Shown here piece after piece: positions 52,136 through 63,000 of a stretch of DNA of 64,000 bases. The notes beneath the pieces are model-generated. The model was not told the DNA's origin. It did not search any database and saw only the letters and a list, made by a program, of their open reading frames with translations. Position numbers and translations under genes: made by a program. How positions within the stretch are numbered: position 1 is the stretch's first letter; the number at the start of each line of letters is the position of its first letter. The DNA comes from Ministeria vibrans ATCC 50519 (Eukaryota > Protista > Filasterea): the NCBI GenBank assembly GCA_943704425.1, contig CALSCP010001674.1, forward strand, positions 1-64,000. Direction: 5' to 3'.

Positions 52136-55100
52136 GGCGCAGCGTGCCAAGATCGACGCATCGCACGCTGCTCAGCAGCAGCCTGCGCCGCATGACTCCC
52201 AATCCCACTCACACGGAGCACCCTCTCCACCAACTCAACCGCAAAACCAGCAGCAATCGACGAGGACGGCCACGAAGAAGAAGAAGAAGCCATCACTGTT
52301 CGCTCAGCAGCGCCAGGCGGCTCGCGACGCGCACTCTTCCACTGCCGAACCCCAATCCGCCTCACCACCAACACCACCACCCTCATCGTCACAAGAACAA
52401 CCTCAGGCTCCTCAAGTCGCCGTCGTTGGCAAGGTACTCGAACGAAACACAGACAGCTTCACCTCGACTAGCTCCTCCTCTTCCGATCCACCACTCGTCT
52501 CCTCATGCGCCTCCGTTGTCGCACCTCACGTCATGACTCGCCTGACTCGTGGCTTTCCCACCATTGCACGTCTTACGGACGCCGAGTTGGCCGAGTCTCT
52601 GTCACGTCGTCGGTCCCCCGCAAAGAAACAGCCAAGTCTGTTTGCTCAGCAACAGTTTACCCTTCATCAAGTCAATCCCGACACGCCACTGCCTCAAGAG
52701 GAGTTCCATGGTGCTGTGGACTCGGCGCTTGTGGGTCAACACAGTCATCATGCGCAGGACGTAAGCAACAGTGTGGTGGGTGCAAGCACGGTCGTGAACG
52801 AGTCGGAAAAGACCGAAATCCATCGAGAGAATCTTGGCAAGGTCGCGTCCATGAGCGACGCAGAACGCGATCAAATGCGCAATGAGATTCTTGAAGTGGT
52901 ACCGCCAGGTTTGCAAGAGGCGCTTGCTCGACGACGAAGCAAGGCGAAGCAGCAACAGGAGAAGAGTGTCGAATCAAAGGGCAAAGGCAAATCGGTGACT
53001 TTTTCGAGTGAACCGGACGAAGAGAGACTGTACGAAAAGGAGGAAAAGGACTCGTCATCATCCATGTCGGTGACCAATAGTCCATCGGAGATTGTCGAGA
53101 AGATGCGTGAGGATGCAACTCGACAAGGCTGGCTCAACATGAACGACATGGAGACGGGCAAGCTGGCGTGGACTCACGAGGCGACCGTCGCCAGTGCAGG
53201 CGATGCTGTCACGCCCAGCGAGGATACCCATCCGGCTCTTGCACAAGTGGCACAGCTGCGATTTGATTTTCATGGCTATATTCTGACGGGCACAGCGCGC
53301 GAGGAGAGCGAGCCGGTGCACACGGGACTGCACCACCACGGCCGCGAGCCTGACCGACCAGGCTACACCGTGCACGAGCTCATTCTACTCAGCCGCAGTC
53401 GAAATGGTGCGCAGAAAAGCATTGCGTTGTCGACTTTGGCAGCCATTGCGGAGCGTGCACGCGAGGACAGTCGTGACGATGTGCTCTTGCTCGTCTCATT
53501 AACTGGCGCTGCCTTTTCGGCTCGTCTCGCTCTTGACGAACGTTCGCTCACTGTAATTGCGGCGGGCGCCCGTCTTCTCGCTTGTCTCGCACGCGCCGAA
53601 GACAGTTCGGTTGAAAAGGCATCCACCGACACCAATGCACTGGTGTTTGCACAGTCTCTTGCGGCGGCCAAGGCAGCGGCGGCTTTCAACGAAGACGAAG
53701 ACGACCCAGCGACCCTTTGTTCCGTCACCCTTCTGGACGGTCTCTTGCAAATGCGCACCGCTGAGCGCATGCGCTTTCTGCTTGAAGTGCGACGTGAGGA
53801 ACTGCCGCCAGAGACTACCGATGATCTGGTGGACGTGCTGGCGTCGCTGTGTGTGCACAGTGTCGACGGTGCAGCAAAAGTCATTGGGTGCGATCGGCTC
53901 TTGCTTGTCTGTGCTGTGCACCTGACGCGTCCCGGCCGCGTCCGCTGGCGTGTCTTGCGTCTCCTACGCCTCATGTGTGCTGCCGGAGGACAGGGCGTTG
54001 CACGTGAGCTCGTCTCTGACTATGGCATTGCCGAGCGCATTTTGCCACTCTTGCTCGAATGTGTCTCGCTGGTTGATCCGCACGAGAGTCCGCAAGCAAC
54101 CGAGTGTGCGCGCCAAGAGGCCTTTCGTCTGTGGGCCGTCTTCTGTCGCTATGGCCTTCTGGCGGGTCCTGTCGCCGACTTGTACGCGCCTGTATTTTGC
54201 GAGGGAGCTCTCTCGCCCTCACGAACGCAGTACAGCGATGCGTCGCGCGTTGCTGCTCTTCACTGCATTGAACAGATTGCGTTTGCCGCAGCGCATCCCT
54301 TGGAACAGTTCCCGCCCGAGGGACTCCTATGGTCGCACGTCGACGGTCTGCTGCCGTCCATTGTTCAGCTGTGGACGACCAGGGGTGTGTCGAGTGCTGT
54401 TTTGCATGCGTGTGCTCTCGCATGTGCTGCTATCGTGGAACACACTCCTGCGGGCCTCACACACCCTTTGAGTGTGTTCACGCGCATCTTTGACACACTC
54501 TTGTTGCTCACCAAAGATGAGCCTGTCTGGCCCTGGTCCTATGTGCGTCTGTCGCGGGTCTGTCTCGAGCACATGAGGGATGCCCACCACGAGTGCGTGG
54601 TTGCCTTTCGCTTGCATCTGACCACCGTGTTTACTGTGGGCACTGCTCAGGCAGACGCGGATGTGGCGTGTCTCAGTGAATTTGTACGAGTGGGCACTCT
54701 CCTTGACGACACAAACGAAAAAAACATTGCCGCGCAAGTGTGGTCGACTAGTGTCAACATTCTCGCGTGTGCTCGTGCCGGCGACGAACACATTGTCGAG
54801 TGGCTCTTACATCATGTCATTCTCGACGATCGATTCCTCCTGTCGCGTCCTTCGTCCTTCAACGAGACCATCGAATCGAGCGCCTGGGACGTCACCGAAC
54901 GCGCTGTGCCACTCTCCCAGGGCGACACCAAGAGTGTATCGAGCCTGCGAGAGTCGCTCTCCGACTATTTTCTGGGCGGCCTTGTGGGCGATCGTGCTCA
55001 GCAACATCGAAGCAAGACTGTGTGGCCTCTGCGTCAGTTTGCCGGTGTGCGTGCGACGTCGCTTCTGCCGTGCTCTGCTTATTGGGCTCTCATTCCACTT

Positions 55101-55952
55101 GAGCTTGCGTACGACTACGTAAACACTCAGGGGGTCTCCATGGAACGCCCGTTGGCCGCCGACAACACTCTGGCCGTCGTCACGGCCGCTCTGCAGTTTC
55201 TCTACGAGTGTTGCACGCGACATGGTCTTGCCGCCTCCGCCGAACCGGGTCTTTGCATCGCTACTCTCAGCAAGGTTTTTCTGCTCAGCTCGTCGCTCTT
55301 CACCGAACCCAAAGTGCACGCGCTACTTGCATCGCTGCTCGTCTTGTTTGCATCTACTCCCTCTGCGACGGCATTCTTTCCCGCTGGGCCCTATGAGGAT
55401 GTCTACCGTGCGCTGCTGGATCACTTTAACAGTGTTGCCAATGGCAACACTCTATTCACCGCCTACCTCTTTTACCCGCTGCGCCAGTGCTGTCCGCCCC
55501 TTCTACGCGCTCGTCTTTATCGCGAAGACGAAGACTCTCTTCTCACCTACTTGCATGCGCGCGGAGCAACGACGCTCTGTTGGAGTCTGCGCGAGCACAG
55601 TGACCCGCCCGAACGTGACCTGGTCCTCCTCACGTCCCTCGTGGCGCTCCTTGCGCGTCGAGGTCTCCCCTTGCTTCTCGAACGCGCTCCCTTGCTCTTC
55701 TCCATGGCACTTTATCACGTGGCACGAGCGCTCTTTGACGAAGACAGTGTGGTGCGAGAGCCACTTTTGAAGCTGGTGCGGCAGCAATGGAAGAAGGTAA
55801 TTTTTTAGTGAGTGAGTGAGTGAGGTGGAGTGTGCGTTTGACATTGTTTTTCGTTTTAGGATTTGGTGGATCATTTGGTGTGGTGCGATTGGACTGTGCC
55901 GCTGGCGGTACCTCTGGCGCGTCGGAGTGAGCCTGTCTTAGGTTGTTTTTAA
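51818..55952 (+). CDS. RPAP1: RNA polymerase II-associated protein 1 (RPAP1/Rba50), 3 exons
   Basis: Exon 1 MFRRPRADDDL; K.SLFAQ repeats; EIHRENL..V..MS..E; LRFDFHG; GLHHHG.EP.RPGYTV.EL..L.RS...Q...AL; last exon 55860-55952. Confidence 0.9.
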
Positions 55953-56044
55953 CTTAACTACAAGCCCTTAATCCAGACATTTAAGAGCAACCGTCACGCC
56001 TTCGTATTTTAATAAAGGCATCTTGTCAATTTGCATTTTGTACG

Positions 56045-56831
56045 TTACTCTGTGTTTGGCCGCTTAAAGAGCGCAAAAACGCCAGCAAAGCCCAACAGAC
56101 CTCCATCGCCGTGAATAACAAGCTCACCGACAGCATAGGCAGCGGCAGGCAGACGCAAACCGGCGACAATGGCACGCCAGGTGGTCTCTGTCGTTACGAC
56201 AGTGTACTCGCTCAGCGCACTCGAGTGCTCAGGCACCATTGTCGCTTCAAAGGAACTGACATTGGTGACACAGATCGACTCACGTATGTGCAAGAGGACA
56301 TGTTGGTGGGTGTCGGTGAAAAAGAAGCGCACGCGTACGTTGGTCGAGGCACTCGCGAGTGCGTCCAGTGTACAGGCCATCAGACGAAAAATGGTCTCGA
56401 GCGGTAGTCGTTCCACCGCACTTTGAATCTAAAGTAAAGTTGTTGGCGTCCAGGTGACTGTTGATTTCATCTCGCGTGCAAACAATACCTTGTCACGCGA
56501 CGGCTCGAGGATTGCGACTTCACTGGCCTCGAGCGCACAGGTGAGGAGGTAGTTGCGGCCATTGGCACTCGTGTAGTAGGCGGCAAGGGAACGCAATGCG
56601 TCCGCATACGCTTGACGAACTCGACTCAGGTCCGCGGGAGAGAGCGAAGGAGTAAGCAGGAGTGACTCAAGCAGCGTCACAGCCCATTGGTCACCCGATC
56701 GACTGTTTTCCTGACGCGCACTCTGAGCCTGAGCAAGCACACTCGCAGAGGAGCCCCCGCAGAGACGAAGCAGTCGGGCAGCCGTGTCAGAGCGAGGAAG
56801 AGGGTCCAGTTCGCTCGCAAACCCACTAAAC
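56045..56831 (-). CDS. C-terminal part (dimerisation and SCP2-like domains) of an SdsA1/BDS1-type alkyl sulfatase, 2 exons, catalytic domain absent
   Basis: FSGFASELDPLP...RLL.L.GG...VL..A......QWAVTLL..L......A.ADALRSLA....SANGRNYLLT.ALE, then an SCP2-like end (WRAIVAG...AAAYAVGELVIHGD). Splice acceptors at 56832 and 56429. Confidence 0.7.
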
Positions 56832-56927
56832 CTGGAGGGGGGAAAGAGAGAAAAGGAGTTAAAAAGGTGCGGCCAAAGTGAACAACAATGCACACAATAC
56901 TAACACTACTTCTACTACTTCAAATAC

Positions 56928-56928
<1 letters not shown>

Positions 56929-57018
<90 letters not shown>
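56929..57018. repeat. (AAT)n microsatellite between the myosin stop and the sulfatase fragment
   Basis: Seen directly. Confidence 0.95.
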
Positions 57019-57019
<1 letters not shown>

Positions 57020-57022
57020 TCA

Positions 57023-60000
57023 TTACTTGTGCAGTGGGTGCGATGGAGCTGAGCTTGGACGAAGGACCGTCGGGTCGACGGAGAGTGTGGCGAGGGGGCG
57101 GGGTCCCGGACGAGGGGGCGCAACGGGGCGTGAGGCGGGACGCGGACGAGGCGCTGCGACGGGCCGACGGGTCGCCACGACCTCTTCGGGTGTGGGCTCG
57201 GGTTTGACGAGCGCCGTTTCGGCCGCTCGACGCGCTTCTTCCTGCTTCGTCAAGAGAGTGGCACTCTCTTGCTCAGTGCGCTCTCGCAGACGATTCATAG
57301 CGCGCTGCAGGCGCTCTTCCTCCCGTGCCGACGCAGCCGCTGCTCGCTCCGCCTCTTCCGTCGCCTCGCGTGCCTTTCGCTCCACCTCAGCCTGTTCCGC
57401 CGCTGCCTGCTCCTCCGCAGCCCGCGTGGCCGCAGCCGCTTCTTCATTCGCAAGGCGCTTTGCCTCGGCCAATCGTTCCCGCTCCGCTTCCACAGCCTGC
57501 TTCTCGGCCGCCTCACGCTCACGTGCTTCCTGTTTCTCACGCTCCACACGCTCCTTCTCCTCCTTCTTTTCCCGCGCCGCCCGTTCCTTCTCCTCCTTCT
57601 TCTCCCGCACCAATCGTTCCTTCTCTTCCTTCTTCTCCCGCGCCACTCGCTCCTTCTCCGCTTTCTTCAGCCCCTTCGTCTTGCGCCCCACACTCTCCCC
57701 TTCCATCTCCGTCTCCTTCGCCATATCCTGAGCTTCCCTCTCCTCCTCCTCATCCTCCTCCGCCTTCTTCTCTTCATGCTCCCGCTGCTGCTTCTGCTGC
57801 TGCTCTTCCTCTTCTTCCAGCTCCTTCAATCGCTTCTTCTCACGTTTCTCCAACAGTTGACGTTTCTCCCGCTCCATCTCGGCAGCGCGTCGTCGTTTGA
57901 TCTCCTCTTCCTCCAAACTCACGCGAGCCGAAGCAGTCTCCACTACTTCTTCCTGCTGCACCTGCTTGGGTCGTCGCGCACGAGACGGTTGCCTTACCAC
58001 TGCCGCTGCTCTACCCACAGCAGCAGCAGCAGTAGCAGGAGCAGCAGGAGACGTCGCAGCCTTCGCAGTCGTGTTGGGGGAGTACCCACCAGCAGTGCCA
58101 CGACTCAACGAAGCGGTGCGCACTCGCATCTCAACGGTCGCGTCGCGTCGCAGGGGCTCTAACAGTGCCAGTTGAACCATGAGCTTCTGGATTGCTTCGG
58201 CGTTCTTCTCAGACCCACCCGTCTCAGTCGCATTGCCGTTCGCGTCCTCAAGTGCGTCGGCCATGCGCAAAACATTGATCTGCTCCAGAATGGTGTTCAC
58301 CTTGAACTGCTGTCGCTCAATGAGTCGCGTCACAGCAAGAATCTGCAAAGGAAGATCGCGCACACAACGCTCAGCAGGGTACCAGTCGGGCGGGCGCAGA
58401 CAGCCGGGCGCAAAGACAATGCCCAGTGCCTTGCTGTCCATGAGGTTGTGCTTGCCGTGCTGTGCCACGCGCACCAGATGATAGATGAGCACCTCAAGCG
58501 TCAGGTAGTTCTCGCGCGGCAAGCACTGGCACACCTGATAAAGCGCACTATACGACTGCTCCACTGACAGGTCGCCTGTGACGCTACGCAACAGGTCATC
58601 GTACTGCTCGTAAGCAATGACTGGCTCGGGGAGCTCGCGGAACCACGACTTTAGCATGGCACAGAGCACTGGCACCGGCACCTCGTCAAAGTCCACGGCA
58701 TCAACGCCGCGTCGCTCGAGTACTCGCTTGAGCTCCTCAATGGCCGAGTGCTGTGCTGGCTTGCGGTACACGCCAGCCGTGTAGAGACCGTTCTTGTCGA
58801 TGGCCGCAACGGCAAGCGAAAGCAGTGGCGACACAAACACGCCCTTGTTGGGGTCCGACTGGCGCCGCAGAGATACCTTGAAATAGCGCCCTTTCGCACC
58901 GCCTTTGAGCATGCCCCACAGACGTCGCTTGTTGTTACCACCTCCGCCACTGCCACCACCGCTCATCGCTCGAATGCTGTCCAACTCACTTCCATTGGTT
59001 GACTGCTCGTGTGCCTCCTCCCCCTCCTGCTGTTGTTGCTGTTGTGCGTCCTTGCCTTCGCGCGTCCGCCCATGGTCCGCACGACACGTGTGCACCGTCA
59101 ACACCTGACACTTGGCATGACAGGCAAACTTGCACAGCCGACACAACACATAGCGTTCAAGGAATCCCACCATACGATCGCAGTGCTCACACACAGTGCG
59201 AATCCCGTAGTGGGCCGCGACAAACTCATGACCATTGTGCGAGAAGATGCTCGTCGCCTCAGTGCCCCTCTTCTTCTTACCATTGGTCTTGGTGACCTTG
59301 TTCCTCAGTCGTTGTCCGAGTCCCGTCGACAGCGCCGCGCCTTCACCCGCCACCGTCGACCGCTTGCTCTTCTTCGACACATTCTCACCCGCACGCTCCA
59401 ATACGAGTCCACTCGACGTCACCACCGTGCCCAGTGACTTGCGACGGTCCAAGACCGGCCGTGCGTCCTCTTCTTCTTCTCCTTCTTCTTCTTCTTCTTC
59501 CAAATCCGCTTCCTCATCCACTTCCCCCACTTCTTCATCTTCCTCATCATTATCTTCGCCCTCTTCCCCCACTTCACCCAACTCGGTGCTCTCGTCTCCC
59601 TCTTTGGTATAGTTGTCTCCTTCAACCACTTCACGAAACTTCACAAGCGCTTCAGCAGCCGGTCGTGCGCCAGACGGTGGCGGTGGCGGGATCATGGGCA
59701 CCCGTTTCTTGGATGGAACCTTGGCACGCAGCATGGGTACCGAGGGCGGGCGGAAACGACGGGTCTCCAACAAAATCGCACGGAACGCCTCCTTGACACG
59801 CGCCACCACCTGAAGACGCACGTCGGACACAACTTTCTTCTCGGCACACACCTGCATCGTGATGTGTCCCATGCGCTCGACCATCTCGTCCATTGCCACG
59901 CACACATCGACCGTCATGGTCGTCGCACACACCACTTCGTTGTGGTAGCGGCGAAGTGCCACGCCAGTCAAATAGTCGACGTCCTCGGCTTCGGGTACCA

Positions 60001-63000
60001 GCTCCGTACTGAGAATGAACGCCCGCTGTTCATCCGAGCTAGCGCCCAGATTCTCATCGTCGTCCTCTTCGGTGGGAAACTCCAGCGCGCGCTTCAACAT
60101 AGCCTTTTGAAATTTTTCAACATGCTCGAGGCTTTTAAGGGCAAAATCGTCAAATTCGGGCTCATTGACAAGCTCGTGTAGCGTCAAAATCGACGGATGA
60201 ACCGTGTTGCGTTGAAGTAATCGCTGTGAGCGGGCTCGTCGCAGTTCAACCATACGCATTGCCTTCTCAATGGCAGCATTTTTGGGAGCGGCGACAGAGG
60301 GGGAGGCAGATGGTATTGCGGCAGCAGAGGAGGAGGGAAAGACGGTAGGTGAGCGGTTGTTCGCGCCACTGTTGTTGTTCAGGTCGAGTGTGGACGGACC
60401 CTTGCCGGCCGAAACTATCGTTGCCGTGGTGGCTACTACGCCTTCAACCTGCTCCTCCTCGTCGTCGTCCGAGTCCGCCGATTTGCGCAGCGCTGCCGGT
60501 GGAAGGTAGCTCGGGGCACGATTAGGCTTCTTGCGTGCCCGTGCTGTGCCGGCACACGTTTTCATGTTCTCGCGACAGCCCATGTGGCACACATGATAAC
60601 AGACGCCGCACTGGGCGGCATGACGGCGCTGCAAGAGGGGCACGTCACAGACGACACAAGGCACCGCCACACGCACCATGATGACGTCGTAGACATGGCC
60701 ACTGCTATTGTCCACATGAAAGCCATGAGCAATCGAGCCGACCTTCTTGGTCGCGGGGCCACCAAGCGGTGCCAATCGACCTGTAGGTACATTTTTACGG
60801 GAGGTTCGGGGAGAGTGTGACGGGCTTGAGCGTGCCGAGCCAACGCTCTCAACCGAGAGGGGACGCGGCGGACCCTTCAACAAGCGATTGAGAGACGTCG
60901 CTGAAGTACCACCACCACCACCACCACCACCGGTAGCGGCCGTTCGAAAGGATTGCGGTCGGGCGGGACTCGTCGCTTTTGCGGTGTTGCTGATCGTCGC
61001 ACTGCTTGTGGACAATGAAGCAGCCTCCAACTCCTGCTCATCGCGGTTGATACTGAGCGCACTGCCAGTGAGTAGCATTTGAGTGCGCTCGGCCACCGTC
61101 GACATGCGAGGCACTTTGAAAGCCGCCCTCAGGTCGCTGTTAATCGAGTCGTTCGACGACGCAACCCGACTCATGGGTGACGAGTCGGACATGTCCGGCT
61201 CGGCCTGCGTGCCCTGAATGAGTCGACAAGTCACACGCGCAGCGCTCAGAGATGGTGACGTAACGGGTGACGCAGTCGACACCATGGTCACCGAAGTGAC
61301 ATTCACCTGAAGTGCTTCGTCCTCCTCCAACACATATGCATTGCTCTCTTCGACTGCCGCAGCTGCCATCCCATCCTCGGTTGCCTCACTACTGTCAACC
61401 ACGTCGGCTGTTGCTTCACGGTTCGCGTCTTTCGCTGCTTCAGTCCCCTTTTCGTTTGTGACGGTAGCCGTCGATGCAACAGACACGCTCGAGCTGAAAG
61501 GCGCTTCGCCCGAATCGTCACAAAAGTCCATGTTGCCAAGGGAGCCCAAGGAATCGTGGCGTTCCGCATCCTGATTTAGCGCCTCGCCTAGAACAGTAAG
61601 GGTCGCAGGAATATGCGAGAGTCGGTTGGCGTTGGCGTGCTGAGCTCGCGCCGCATCTGAGCTTCCGTCGTCGTCACGTTTGCGCGGATCCATCGCACCC
61701 AGAATGGTCTTCATCCTCTTGCGCAGTTGCGGCGGTGCCACCTTATTCATAATCTTGTTTCGCCGTCCACCACCAGCGGCAGTGGCAGTGCCCGACTTTA
61801 AGGCTGTCGAAGGGGACTTTGAGTCGTCGCCATCGGAAAGGCATGAGCGGTCCTCGGATGTGTCACCGAGCGGCGCTCGTTCCTTGCTCGTGCTGCTATC
61901 GTCAAGATCAAGCAGACGGGGATCGGAGCGGTTGCGACGGTGTCCAAAACGACGCCAGCCCTTGAGATGTTGAGGTGCCTTGTAGACAAGAACCTCCGAG
62001 CTGTTGCTCATGGTCTGAACGACGGGCAGTTTTCCATCGCTGCCACCGCTTTCGATACCATCAGCGCTCGCATTGGAGCTGCGTGGCGAGTGGAGATCCG
62101 ACGACGCGAGGTCATCACCACGCATGAGCTCATCGCCCATCGTGTGGCGGTGATGCACGGTCGACGTGTCGCCCTTTTCAAGGCGCTTCTGAGCACGACG
62201 CAGTCTTTCCTTTGCCATGCGACGCTCCTCACGCTCTGCAGCGGCCGCCAGCTCAAGTTCCGCCTGACGGTGCACCTCCTCTTCGCGTTGTTGCTGCAAA
62301 ATTTGCAGTTCGCGCTCGCGCTCGGCCAGACGTAGTGCCTCCTGCTCCATGAGTTGCTGACGATGGAGTGCGGCAGCGCGTCGCTCGGCCTCGCGCTGTT
62401 CGCGCTCAGCTTGAAGGCGTGCCTCTTCGGCAAGACGCTCCGCTTCGAGTGCCGCAAGACGTGCCTCCTCCTCAGCCTTGCAGCGCGCCATTTCCGCTTC
62501 GTGCCACAGCCGAGCAAGCTGAGCCATGGCGAGTCGCATGCGCCACCACGACTGCAGCTGAATGGCGGCGTCGAGTTCGCAGCGAAGCATCTCGGCGTGC
62601 TGGCGCGCGCGACGGCCACGCGTGTACGCTTGAAAAACAATGGCAGCGCGACGCATACTGAGAAAGCGCTGACGCTGCAAGTGTGCACGGTAGCCGCGCT
62701 GAATGATCATGGCGGCGGACATGAGACGACTCTGAAGCATGGTGTCGAGAAAGTCGCAGAGTTGCTGGCGCATAAAAATGCGCGTCTTGCCGACCTGATA
62801 CGGGGGAAAACTTGTGTCCACGGAGGCGTCGGGCAGACGACTGAGCAAAGGTGGCACGCGCTGCATAAGCTGATCAATGGGTGCCTTTCTCACTTCGCCA
62901 CGACGGCGCAGCAGTACGTAGAAGCGCGAGGCAAACGCTTCAAACGAGAGACGGGTGGGGTAGCCGGCGCGCCGGATGCGTGTCGTCTCCTGGACGCCAC

